Source: Myxococcota bacterium
GTDB lineage: Bacteria; Myxococcota; SpSt-1050
NCBI GenBank assembly: GCA_049969675.1
Contig: JBMFOP010000001.1
Coordinates: forward strand, 47,738-111,737
DNA: 64,000 nucleotides
Reading direction: 5' to 3'
This document shows, piece after piece, positions 1 through 9,396 of the stretch. A program made the translations under genes and the position numbers. The notes under the pieces are model-generated. The model was given only the letters and a program-made list of their open reading frames with translations, ran no database searches and was not told where the DNA came from. Position 1 is the stretch's first letter, and the number at the start of each line of letters is the position of its first letter.

Positions 1-2
1 TT

Positions 3-776
3 ATCACAGATAACTTCTCACATTATCAAAATCCATGGTGTATTAAATGTGATGCCGCATGCAGGGCGGACCCGATAAATCATCCTCCAGAGATTAAGAC
101 ATATCCTGTTGACCTGCTTGAAGGTATGAGAAAAGGCAGACTGATTGGTGGCTGGGTAGAGCCGACAAGGCCAAATAGATGTGGCTCCGACGACGAGTCT
201 CCGATGCAGCCCGGAATGGATGCACTCTTTGCAATCTATCCGATTTTCTACGCTATTGCCGGTGCATCACATCCCTGGTATCATAATTCACTATCAGATT
301 ATCTTGATTCGCAGGTCGTTGGTGGTGCTCATAGGTTTGATCCACCTCCGGGTGCAAAGACGGTTACAATGGTTAATAGCTCCGGGACAAAGACATATCT
401 TGCAGCCCAGACGGATGACAATCTGAGTATCTCATATCAACTCGTTTCAAATGGGAGATGGATAAATAATCATCTTGCCTATTACACCGCCTGTAATAAT
501 GGTGAAGTACCATCTCAGGAGTTAAGAACTGAGATGAATAAAAATTGCAATGATTGGGAGAGCTGTTGTTCTGATGTCCTTGATTGTTATAATCCTTGGT
601 TAAATCCAAAACCAGAATATTGTGATGCAGAAGGATGGGACATTTTATTTATGTATGATGGATTTAAGTATAGAAATCTGGATAGAATTGAGGCAATGCT
701 TATAATGATGCAGGATATGATTGATATCGCCGGGCATTACCAATGGAGGGTCCCTGGGTACCTTGAAGAACCCTGA
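3..776 (+). CDS. 3' part of a large secreted/Cys-containing protein (5'-truncated by window edge)
   Basis: Frame is open from nt 3 (ITDNFSHYQNPWCIKCDAAC...) into ORF 126..776 and is followed by a terminator hairpin. Confidence 0.7.
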   Translation: MTDNFSHYQNPWCIKCDAACRADPINHPPEIKTYPVDLLEGMRKGRLIGGWVEPTRPNRCGSDDESPMQPGMDALFAIYPIFYAIAGASHPWYHNSLSDYLDSQVVGGAHRFDPPPGAKTVTMVNSSGTKTYLAAQTDDNLSISYQLVSNGRWINNHLAYYTACNNGEVPSQELRTEMNKNCNDWESCCSDVLDCYNPWLNPKPEYCDAEGWDILFMYDGFKYRNLDRIEAMLIMMQDMIDIAGHYQWRVPGYLEEP

Positions 777-802
777 TGGGATATAATATTATAGATATTT
801 TG

Positions 803-830
803 AAAAAGGCGGTTTTATACCGCCTTTTTT
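803..830 (+). terminator. Intrinsic (probably bidirectional) terminator
   Basis: AAAAAGGCGGT-tttat-ACCGCCTTTTTT perfect hairpin with T tract. Confidence 0.85.
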
Positions 831-831
831 G

Positions 832-860
832 TTGACAACTGCAATGATGTGATGTATTAG
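832..860 (+). promoter_or_regulatory. sigma70-type promoter of rho
   Basis: TTGACA-17 nt-TATTAG about 95 nt upstream of the rho ATG. Confidence 0.65.
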
Positions 861-955
861 AAGTAGTGTCTTTTACTCCCCGCTTAAAATTCAATATTGC
901 GGGTAAATGAATACCAAAATTCCGTCCTTGGTCAACTAATTTGTCAGGAGGTAAA

Positions 956-2203
956 ATGAACTTATCAGAGTTAAAAGAACTGAAGATTCAGGACCTTGTA
1001 AAACTTGCAAAGGACCTCAATGTAGAGGGTGTGAGAGGTATGAGGAAACAGGACCTCATCTTCGCTATCCTTCAGGCTGAGGCTGAAAAGAACGGTCTGA
1101 TATATGGAGAGGGAGTGCTTGAGGTCCTTCCAGATGGTTTTGGATTTTTAAGGGCTTCCGATTATTCCTATTTACAGGGACCGGATGATATTTACATCTC
1201 GCCTTCACAAATTAAAAAATTTAATCTCAGAACTGGAGATACTGTGCTTGGGCAGATTAGACCCCCTAAAGAAAATGAACATTATTTTGCAATGATAAAG
1301 ATTGATGCGATCAATTATGAAGACCCCGAAATTGCAAAAGACAAGATTCTATTTGACAATCTGACACCACTTTATCCTAATCAGAAGTTTAATCTGGAAT
1401 ATGACCCTGAGAATTACACTACTCGAATTATTGACCTGTTTGCTCCTATCGGGAAGGGACAGAGATGCCTTATTGTCTCTCCACCGAGGGCTGGTAAGAC
1501 TGTACTTCTTCAGAATGTGGCAAATGCACTTACTGCTAATCATAAGGATGTATATCTAATAGTCCTTTTGATAGACGAGAGGCCGGAGGAGGTTACTGAT
1601 ATGGAGCGGTCAGTACAGGGAGAGGTAATCTCTTCAACATTTGATGAACCTCCTCAGAGACATGTTCAGGTCGCTGAAATGGTTATTGAGAGGGCAAAGA
1701 GACTTGTTGAACATAAAAAAGATGTGGTGATACTGCTTGATTCTATTACAAGGCTTGCGAGGGCGTATAATACTGTTGTTCCACCTTCTGGAAAGATTCT
1801 TTCTGGTGGTGTGGATTCAAATGCCTTGCATAAGCCCAAGAGATTCTTTGGTGCAGCTCGTAATGTAGAGGAGGGAGGTTCACTCACAATCATTGGAACG
1901 GCATTGATAGATACCGGTTCAAGAATGGATGAGGTAATATTTGAGGAGTTCAAAGGTACGGGTAATTGTGAAATTGTACTTGATAGAAAATTGATGGAGA
2001 AGAGGATTTTTCCAACGCTTGATATTCCCAAGAGCGGAACAAGAAAAGAGGAATTGCTCCTACCAGATTGGGCACTTAAGAGGATCTGGATATTGAGGCA
2101 GCTCCTTGCACCACTAAATCAGGTAGATGCAATGGAATTTATTCTTGAAAAAATAAAACGCACTAAAACAAACAAAGAATTTTTAGAATCAATGAATCAA
2201 TAA
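956..2203 (+). CDS. rho: Transcription termination factor Rho
   Basis: [39 protein letters not shown] motifs; AGGAGG RBS before ATG 956. Confidence 0.98.
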   Translation: MNLSELKELKIQDLVKLAKDLNVEGVRGMRKQDLIFAILQAEAEKNGLIYGEGVLEVLPDGFGFLRASDYSYLQGPDDIYISPSQIKKFNLRTGDTVLGQIRPPKENEHYFAMIKIDAINYEDPEIAKDKILFDNLTPLYPNQKFNLEYDPENYTTRIIDLFAPIGKGQRCLIVSPPRAGKTVLLQNVANALTANHKDVYLIVLLIDERPEEVTDMERSVQGEVISSTFDEPPQRHVQVAEMVIERAKRLVEHKKDVVILLDSITRLARAYNTVVPPSGKILSGGVDSNALHKPKRFFGAARNVEEGGSLTIIGTALIDTGSRMDEVIFEEFKGTGNCEIVLDRKLMEKRIFPTLDIPKSGTRKEELLLPDWALKRIWILRQLLAPLNQVDAMEFILEKIKRTKTNKEFLESMNQ

Positions 2204-2213
2204 CAATGTCCTT

Positions 2214-2819
2214 ATGATTAAGAGAATTTTTTGCTTGATTTTAGTACTATTGAACCCTTTACTTTATGTAGAGTGTTCAGATAGTAACTCTGACAATAAT
2301 CTATCAGATGCGGGTGCGGATGTATTAATAAGTGGCTGCAATACAATATCCGATTGTTCAGATAAAGAGACTAAAGACTCTGTCTGTGTTAAGAAAGGTT
2401 GTGTATCAATAGGAGAGGCCTCAAAGTTTCTCCATATAGTATTTTATCCAAAATACATCAGTTCTGTGGTAAATGATATCAGTTATTTTACATATTATTT
2501 CTTTTATCCACTTGATGTGGAAGGGAATAATTTATCCTGTGAAAAACTCCTGAGTGATTTCAACTTTAGTCAAAAGAGAGACCTCAACATTATTCAATCA
2601 TATGAAAAACAGGCGACCATCTCAGCTACTGGCTCAGAGATGTATACACTCCCGTTGCCCACGATAAAAGACTCTCTATTGTTCTTCATCTTTTATCAGG
2701 AAAATGGGAGTGTAGTTGCTATTGGTTGTAGCGAGAAGATTGATACTACATCAAATGATTCAGTGGGTATCTTCCCCTGCAAACCAGAGCAGATAAATGC
2801 CTGTCTGGGAGAGTTCTAA
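2214..2819 (+). CDS. Hypothetical exported Cys-containing protein
   Basis: 201-aa ORF with hydrophobic N-terminus, DAG linker and paired Cys. Confidence 0.7.
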   Translation: MIKRIFCLILVLLNPLLYVECSDSNSDNNLSDAGADVLISGCNTISDCSDKETKDSVCVKKGCVSIGEASKFLHIVFYPKYISSVVNDISYFTYYFFYPLDVEGNNLSCEKLLSDFNFSQKRDLNIIQSYEKQATISATGSEMYTLPLPTIKDSLLFFIFYQENGSVVAIGCSEKIDTTSNDSVGIFPCKPEQINACLGEF

Positions 2820-3757
2820 TCTGAGTTACCATTTGTTCTTTCAAACTCCCTTTTTAGATTTTTATAGTTGTCCGCGGTATAGCAGAGTGTATCTGTTATC
2901 TTATAGGTCTTATCTTCAATCTCTATCCTGGTCTGTCTGATTCTACAGGCGGCATTTATAGAATGACCAATTTCACCAGAAAGTTCAACTATCTTATCAA
3001 AGTTGTCAGTATTTTCAGAGGATCTTTCAGCGGCTATCTGTGCAGAGGTAATTGTGGCATCAGTGGATTTGTCTAAGAGCTCAAAGGTCTGTTCTTCTTT
3101 AATTTTCTCTCGGAGTTGTTTTTTTGTCTTAGGATTATCTTCTGACAACTCTTTTGCATCTTTAGCAACAGCAGTTGTATCCTGCTTTATCCTCTTTGCC
3201 TCATCAAATCCAAATTTTTCATTTTTAGCAATATTTTTGGAATCTGACACAAGATTGGCAGAGCTATTTGTTAGAGAAGCACCGATTAATATGCCTTCTT
3301 CTCCTTTTTTCTGATAACCAATCAATGCACCGGTGGATGTCAATCCACTCTTAAGTGCGGTTTCTTCTATACTGTTGCCGATAGAACCTGCAGCCAGAGA
3401 GTTAGCAATATTTGCCCCTCTTTGCCCATTTTTAACCGCACCAATTGAAGTAGCAGACCCAACAGCACACATTTTTGCTCCTGCTAAAATGAATGAATCC
3501 CCTGAGCCAGTTTTGATAAAGTTATTAATGTCTCCTGATGCAACCCCAGCAGTTTTTGAGACCAAATTTAAGGTTGTCGCTCCTTCGTCATATCCCATCT
3601 GTTTTAAATTTTGAGATGCCCCTTCTATTACACCTATTCCCGCAGATGCATAATCTCCTGTTGCCACATCTAAACCGGCACATGCATAATCTCCTATGTA
3701 TTTATATTTTTCTGGTAAAAGATTATCGGTTGCATAGTTTAATAACTTTCCTAACAT
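2816..3757 (-). CDS. Hypothetical Gly/Ala-rich protein, T3SS translocator-like
   Basis: 313 aa; long G/A-rich mildly hydrophobic N-half, charged helical C-half; tightly coupled to upstream genes. Confidence 0.6.
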   Translation of the reverse strand: MLGKLLNYATDNLLPEKYKYIGDYACAGLDVATGDYASAGIGVIEGASQNLKQMGYDEGATTLNLVSKTAGVASGDINNFIKTGSGDSFILAGAKMCAVGSATSIGAVKNGQRGANIANSLAAGSIGNSIEETALKSGLTSTGALIGYQKKGEEGILIGASLTNSSANLVSDSKNIAKNEKFGFDEAKRIKQDTTAVAKDAKELSEDNPKTKKQLREKIKEEQTFELLDKSTDATITSAQIAAERSSENTDNFDKIVELSGEIGHSINAACRIRQTRIEIEDKTYKITDTLCYTADNYKNLKREFERTNGNSD

Positions 3758-3758
3758 A

Positions 3759-4511
3759 TTAGTCCTCCTTTTCTTTTAATCTATCAATTTCACTACTATT
3801 CCCTGTCCAATATGCATAAGCGTATTGATCTGTTTCTGTCATAAGCTTGAGATTTGTCTCGTTTTCCACTTTTTTGGTATTTCTTTCAATAGAGGCAGCT
3901 AATCTTATACAGTTGCTGGCATCAAAATTAAATGCATCTATATCTCCGCTCTTTAACTTCTGAACCTGTTCTCTATAGTTATCAAGCCCTTTACCTTTAT
4001 TTGGAGTCTCTTTATCTCCTCCCCTTTCTTCAATTTCTACAAAGTTTTCAAGAACAGTTAGAAGACGTTGCTTTTCAGATTCACTCATATATGGATTATT
4101 TAAAGAATCGTTGATATTTTTTATGGATGCCTGAAGGCTTTTGAGATTTCTTCTCAATTCTTCTTCGTTCTTTGCTTTATTGTTAACATTTCCCAGCCCT
4201 GCTACATTGACACCCATCCAGTCCAGAGATTTGTCCAATACAGTGCCAATAGGAACAATTGTACCAAGTGCATGACCACATAGATTAAATAGACCTTTTC
4301 TCCTTTTTCTCTTTTTTTGAGCGGACTGATATTTATTTTTATAATTTTCAATAATTTTTTCTATGTCCTGATCTGTCAACTCTGGTAAATACTCCTTTCT
4401 CTCTGTTTGATTTCTCTGGTGATTCTGTACTTTTGGTGATTGATATTGAATATCTGAATATACATTATAGATATTATCAGTACTATAATTGATGTTATTA
4501 CTAATTTCCAT
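3759..4511 (-). CDS. Hypothetical coiled-coil protein with hydrophobic segment, T3SS translocator/tip-like
   Basis: GGAGGG RBS before MEISNNINYS; N/S-rich N-terminus, GLFNLCGHALGTIVPIGTVL segment, coiled-coil. Confidence 0.6.
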   Translation of the reverse strand: MEISNNINYSTDNIYNVYSDIQYQSPKVQNHQRNQTERKEYLPELTDQDIEKIIENYKNKYQSAQKKRKRRKGLFNLCGHALGTIVPIGTVLDKSLDWMGVNVAGLGNVNNKAKNEEELRRNLKSLQASIKNINDSLNNPYMSESEKQRLLTVLENFVEIEERGGDKETPNKGKGLDNYREQVQKLKSGDIDAFNFDASNCIRLAASIERNTKKVENETNLKLMTETDQYAYAYWTGNSSEIDRLKEKED

Positions 4512-4526
4512 ATTACCCTCCATATA

Positions 4527-5072
4527 TTATTTCATATTGTGAATTATAGTCTTTAAGGCATCATCTTTAGATTTATTATAATTGGAAATTAATTCAATAT
4601 TTCTCTCTTCCATATGCATCTGGTCAATAAGTTTTTGCATAAGCGCCGGATTTTCATTTAATGCCTTAAGTAATTTTTCATCTCCATTTCTAAATGCAAT
4701 AAGGAGTTCTGTTCCGCTCTTCTTTGAATAATCCTCAGTTGATTGATTGGTAGTAGAATTATTGGCGTTTGTTGTGGAGTTGGTCTGATTATCTGATGAT
4801 GTTTTATTGGTTGGTGAAGCGGTTGTGTTAGTTGATTCATTGGAATAGTCTCTTGCCTTTGCCGGAGCAGCTTTCCATTTCCTCTTATGATCCTTTGCCT
4901 TTGCCGGAGCGGGTTTAAAATGCATCTTGCCGTTGTTCTCAACCAGGTCATCTGAGTTTGACTGGTTTACATTACCGTTAGGAGATGGCGTCTGATATAC
5001 ACCATTCTCATAAGTCATCTCTGAATCGGTCGTGTAATTGTTTGTGTTGGTCCCTGTTACTGTTGTACTCAT
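4527..5072 (-). CDS. SctF/PrgI needle-subunit-like protein with long disordered N-terminal extension
   Basis: C-terminus NPALM-x17-SNYNKSKDDALKTIIHNMK aligns ungapped with PrgI DPALL-x17-SNTVKVFKDIDAAIIQNFR; strong AGGAGG RBS. Confidence 0.65.
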   Translation of the reverse strand: MSTTVTGTNTNNYTTDSEMTYENGVYQTPSPNGNVNQSNSDDLVENNGKMHFKPAPAKAKDHKRKWKAAPAKARDYSNESTNTTASPTNKTSSDNQTNSTTNANNSTTNQSTEDYSKKSGTELLIAFRNGDEKLLKALNENPALMQKLIDQMHMEERNIELISNYNKSKDDALKTIIHNMK

Positions 5073-5139
5073 AACTTTCCTCCTTTAAATTGTTGAAAAA
5101 AAATGTTAATAAAAAAACCATCATACTTTATTTTAGCTC

Positions 5140-5154
5140 TCAATTTGTGTGCCA
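5140..5154 (-). promoter_or_regulatory. sigma54 (-24/-12) promoter
   Basis: Minus strand TGGCAC-acaaa-TTGA versus consensus TGGCAC-N5-TTGC, about 70 nt upstream of the ATG at 5072. Confidence 0.6.
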
Positions 5155-5171
5155 GATTATAAAGGAGAGAG

Positions 5172-5597
5172 ATGAAGAGATTGGCAATAGATTATGGAAA
5201 GAGGAGGGCGGGTTTGGCGATTACAGATGATACTGGTAATGTAATAATGCCATATAAAATTATTTACTATAAAGATAGCGAAAGTTTTATTAAACAGATA
5301 AAAGAGATCTTAAGCCAACTACAACCTGCAGAGATTGTTATGGGTCTTCCACTAAATATGAATGGTTCAGAGTCTGAGATGTCAAAAGAGGTTAAGAGAA
5401 TATCTAAAAGGATAAAGAAAGATTCAAATATTGAAATAAAATTATATGACGAGAGACTGACGACCTTTGAGGCACAACAAATGCTGACAGAACAGGGGAT
5501 CTCGGCTAAAAAACAGAAAGAGATAATTGATATGTATGCCGCATATTGTATATTGAAAGGATATATTAACGAAGAATTGGAGAAGAGGAATGATTAA
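5172..5597 (+). CDS. ruvX: Holliday junction resolvase-like / pre-16S rRNA nuclease YqgF
   Basis: LAIDYG.RR.GLA..D, GLP..MNG, DERLTT motifs. Confidence 0.95.
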   Translation: MKRLAIDYGKRRAGLAITDDTGNVIMPYKIIYYKDSESFIKQIKEILSQLQPAEIVMGLPLNMNGSESEMSKEVKRISKRIKKDSNIEIKLYDERLTTFEAQQMLTEQGISAKKQKEIIDMYAAYCILKGYINEELEKRND

Positions 5598-6636
5598 AAA
5601 AATATTGTTGGCTTTATTGTTTATTGTTTTGTTGTTTGTGGTCGGCTCTGTGTATCTATATAAAAGCACCAGAGAGTTTTTACAGACGCCTTATAAGAGT
5701 GAAAAAAGAGAGGTCTCTCTTAGAATTAAGAAGGGTATGAGTGATAGTGAAGTGGCAAGGCTGATTTATGAAAAGGGACTTGTCTCCAATGAAAAGAGGT
5801 TTTATTATTTTTTGAGGTTTTTGCATAAGAAGAAAGGGCTTGAGGTGAAGTCTGGTGAATATCTTTTGAGTCCCGATATGACTCCCTGGGAGATTGCAGA
5901 GAAGATGATTAAGAGAGATGTAATCAGGTACAGGGTAACTATCCCTGAGGGACTTCGTTATGAGGAGGTGGCACAGATACTTGAGAGAGAGGGGGTTGCG
6001 ATTGCAGATGAATTTATTAATCTTTGTAAGGATAGGGTATATCTCTCTTCCCTCGGCATTGAAGGTGAGAGTTGCGAGGGGTATTTGCTTCCAGATACAT
6101 ATATGATTGAGAAGGGACTTGATGTAAAAGAGGTCTTCAAGATTATAAATGATGAATTTAAAAAGAGGGTGGGGGCTGGTTATATAGAGAAGGCAAAGGA
6201 GATGGGTTTCAGTCTCTATCAGGTGTTGATTATTGCATCTATGATTGAGAAGGAGGCAAGGCTTGATTCAGAGAGGCCAATTATTGCGTCTGTTATCTTA
6301 AACAGATTGAAACGAGATATGGGCCTTTATATTGATGCAACTGTAATATATGGTCTGATAAGAGAGAGAGGTGGATTTAATGGGAATCTTACAAGAAAAG
6401 ACCTTGATACACCGACTCGTTATAATACATATCGGGTCAAAGGACTCCCTCCAACTCCGATATGCAATCCGGGGATTAAGAGTATCAATGCGGTATTGAT
6501 GCCAGCCAGAACAAATTACCTGTATTATGTCTCAAAAAATGATGGCACGCATCATTTCTGTGAGGATATTGAATGTCACAATAAGGCTGTTAAGAGGTAT
6601 CAGATTGATTATTTTAAGAAGAATAATAAGAGATGA
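5590..6636 (+). CDS. mltG: Endolytic transglycosylase MltG (YceG)
   Basis: EGYL.PDTY, ASMIEKE, YNTY...GLPPTPICNPG motifs. Confidence 0.96.
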   Translation: MIKKILLALLFIVLLFVVGSVYLYKSTREFLQTPYKSEKREVSLRIKKGMSDSEVARLIYEKGLVSNEKRFYYFLRFLHKKKGLEVKSGEYLLSPDMTPWEIAEKMIKRDVIRYRVTIPEGLRYEEVAQILEREGVAIADEFINLCKDRVYLSSLGIEGESCEGYLLPDTYMIEKGLDVKEVFKIINDEFKKRVGAGYIEKAKEMGFSLYQVLIIASMIEKEARLDSERPIIASVILNRLKRDMGLYIDATVIYGLIRERGGFNGNLTRKDLDTPTRYNTYRVKGLPPTPICNPGIKSINAVLMPARTNYLYYVSKNDGTHHFCEDIECHNKAVKRYQIDYFKKNNKR

Positions 6637-7069
6637 GAGTTTTTTGTTTTTATCTTTGGTCTTTCTTATAATAGATATTAATTGCAAGAAAGAATTATCT
6701 CCTGAAGAGCAGATAAGGAAAAATATTGAGGAGATGGTTGAATATGCCAATAAAAGACATGTCGGCAAGATTATGGATTTTATTTCCAATGACTATAAAG
6801 ACAGCTATGGAAATAAGAGAGATTCAATAAAGGCAATTCTTATTCAGAACCTGATGTTCAGGAAGAATGTTAAGGTCTATCTAAAAAATATAGATGTAAA
6901 GGTTGAAAATCAAATTGGATTTGCTACAATTGGGATAATTGTAAAAGAGGGGGAAGGGATAATGCCAGATAATGCTGATATAATGAAAATAGAATTGAAA
7001 TTTGCGAATATGGAGAATAATTGGTTGATTATTTCTGCGATATGGAAAGGTCACCAGAGCCCTTTCTAA
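6633..7069 (+). pseudogene. NTF2-like (DUF4440-type) lipoprotein gene with a one-base frameshift in its signal peptide
   Basis: ATG 6633 overlaps the mltG stop (ATGA) but is out of frame; one extra T in the T6 run at 6640-6645 restores MRVFLFLSLVFLIIDINC-KKELSPEEQI... Confidence 0.6.
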
Positions 7070-8450
7070 TGGTAGATAGATAGATAGATACAGTTGATAA
7101 AAGAAATGCAATAATTAAAGAATATTTGAATAGAGAATTGAAGATTTCGGGTGGTATCTCATTGATCTTCTCAACTTTATTCCCAAAAAGGGTAGTGCTA
7201 AAAAATGAGACTGAAATTCCTCCAATAACTGTTCCGAGGCTCATCCCAAGGTTTCTCATTGTGGCAAGTAGTCCTGTAGTGATTCCAGTATTATTCATTC
7301 CGCTAATATTTAATAATGCTGTGGTGTTGGGGCTATTGAAGATGCCAAGTCCGGATCCAATAATTATTTGTGCGATTGATATCTGTATAAGTGCTGATTC
7401 AATCCTTGTAAGGGCTAAAAGTAACATTCCTATTGTAAGTAAAATCATACCTGTAATGCATAATTTATAATATCCAATTTTATCACTGATATAACCTGAG
7501 ACTCCAGTAGTTAAAAACATTGCAATAGATGTTATACTCATAATAAAACCGGTCTGTTGTGGTTCAAGGTTCAGGACAAGTTTGAGATAAAATGGTATAA
7601 GAAAATTGGAGATGGAGAGTGCTGTATATCCAATCAGAAGTGAAAATAATCCACCATAATATGCTGGTATCTTTATTAGATTTATAGGGAAGAATGATTT
7701 ATCAACTTTGATTTCATGCTTTATTAAAATTAGAATTAAAATTATTCCTATCAAAAGCATAAAAAGTGAAATTGTGGTAGAATTGCTGTGCGATAACATT
7801 GACATTGATATAAGAATAAGTGGGATGGATAATGACCAGAGCAGCATACCATAAATATCATAGTGATTCTGCTCTTCCTTTAATTGATAATTTTGCTGAT
7901 AATCTACTATCCACATTATGGCTACAAAAATTATGATTGAAAAAGGAAGATTTATTAGAAATAGCCACTGCCAGCTAAGATATTGTAAAATAAGACCGCC
8001 AATTGGTGGTCCAATAATCAGTCCGAGAGAAATACCTGTAGTATGCATTCCTATTGCAAAACCACGTTTCTCTGGTTCAAAGACACTGAGCAAAATAGCT
8101 GGACCACTTGCAACCATAAAAGATGCCCCAATTGCCTGTATAATTCTCATAGAAATTAACAGACTTATTCTTTCACTCGGTAATACTATAAGTGATGAGA
8201 CCCCAAATATGAGAGTACCAATTAGAAATATCTTTTTATGACCAAAGATATCCGCTATTTTGCCACATATGGTTAATATAGATGTAAGAACAATAAGATA
8301 TACCACAAGAATCATTTGTGATTCATTCAGGCTTAGATGAAGAATTTTAGCAAGGTATGGGAGTGCAGAATTCAGTGAGCTTGAATTTATTGTTGCCATC
8401 AGGCTGGATAGACTCATTATTAGTAAGGTTGTCCATTTTTTCCCATTCAT
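7029..8450 (-). CDS. MFS transporter, DHA2 (14-TM) drug:H+ antiporter family
   Basis: GKIADIFGHK motif A, GPPIGG, W.WLFLINLP; about 14 TM helices. Confidence 0.92.
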   Translation of the reverse strand: MNGKKWTTLLIMSLSSLMATINSSSLNSALPYLAKILHLSLNESQMILVVYLIVLTSILTICGKIADIFGHKKIFLIGTLIFGVSSLIVLPSERISLLISMRIIQAIGASFMVASGPAILLSVFEPEKRGFAIGMHTTGISLGLIIGPPIGGLILQYLSWQWLFLINLPFSIIIFVAIMWIVDYQQNYQLKEEQNHYDIYGMLLWSLSIPLILISMSMLSHSNSTTISLFMLLIGIILILILIKHEIKVDKSFFPINLIKIPAYYGGLFSLLIGYTALSISNFLIPFYLKLVLNLEPQQTGFIMSITSIAMFLTTGVSGYISDKIGYYKLCITGMILLTIGMLLLALTRIESALIQISIAQIIIGSGLGIFNSPNTTALLNISGMNNTGITTGLLATMRNLGMSLGTVIGGISVSFFSTTLFGNKVEKINEIPPEIFNSLFKYSLIIAFLLSTVSIYLSTIRKGSGDLSISQK

Positions 8451-8454
8451 ATAT

Positions 8455-9333
8455 TTATTTTTTCTTTATAATCCTTATACCGAAAATACTTGTCATTCCG
8501 TCTCGTGTGTATGCATATCCCTCAGAAAAGACATAGATGAGTGTCTTCTTCGCTTTTTCATCTTTAATCTCTTCAAGGTCGGAGGTTGTATTTACTTCAA
8601 GTCTATGTTTTATTCCCGATATTGTAAATAAAGCAGATTTATTATAAGTAATTCCCATATCCATATTGACAGAGATGGCTTTATTTATCTCGGTGAAGTT
8701 ATTGCTGGTCTTGAAGAAATCTGCGGAATCTGAGAATAGGGCAAAAGTGGTGTTCTTTGTAAATCCTGCCAGCAACCAGCTCCTGAACAGATTGTCAGAC
8801 ATAAACAAGATCTCCGGCATATCAAAATCTGGCTTTTCACTCTCTGCCTCTAAAAAGAGTAGGTTCCCTTTGAGCGGAGGTCCATCTTTTCCAAAGAAGG
8901 CAGTATTGATATAATACCTGTAATTTACATCATTGACTGTTTTTGTATAAGTTGCCCTTTTTTTCTGAGCAAGGGATATTATGTTGAAATTATAATTTAG
9001 ATTTGATGTGCCAACCTCTATTTGATTTTGATCAAGCATCTTTATAATAATATTTTTTCTGAACCCGAATTTTTCAAGAGGTGTATCAGATATGAAGTTA
9101 TCTTCATATAGGTTCTTTATTTTATCACCTGCCAGATATTTTACAGCGATTGATGTATCTGTCTTCTCTCTGATGGAAGTGCCTCTCCTTGTTGTATCTA
9201 TCAAAATTATAATCGGTTTCTTCTCTGCATCAAATCCGAGGTAAATTATCTGATTCTTGATAGTTCGGGCTGAGCTCTTACCTGATATTACAAAGATGAA
9301 AAAAATAATTACCAGAAAAAGAGACTTCTTCAT
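8455..9333 (-). CDS. Hypothetical exported protein
   Basis: 292-aa ORF with signal peptide MKKSLFLVIIFFIFVISGKSSA. Confidence 0.75.
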   Translation of the reverse strand: MKKSLFLVIIFFIFVISGKSSARTIKNQIIYLGFDAEKKPIIILIDTTRRGTSIREKTDTSIAVKYLAGDKIKNLYEDNFISDTPLEKFGFRKNIIIKMLDQNQIEVGTSNLNYNFNIISLAQKKRATYTKTVNDVNYRYYINTAFFGKDGPPLKGNLLFLEAESEKPDFDMPEILFMSDNLFRSWLLAGFTKNTTFALFSDSADFFKTSNNFTEINKAISVNMDMGITYNKSALFTISGIKHRLEVNTTSDLEEIKDEKAKKTLIYVFSEGYAYTRDGMTSIFGIRIIKKK

Positions 9334-9396
9334 TATACAATTCCCTCACCCCATTAAATACTATATTGACTGTTCTAATTTTGCAATCATAGAGGT

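Noticed and set aside
6527..6632. ORF-track start at 6527
   Set aside because: It overlaps mltG by 110 nt with an implausible sequence; the frameshifted ATG at 6633 fits better
7073..7090. (TAGA)4 tetranucleotide tract as a phase-variation switch
   Set aside because: It lies in the last TM helix of the MFS gene, which reads through to a normal C-terminus; short and near the 3' end
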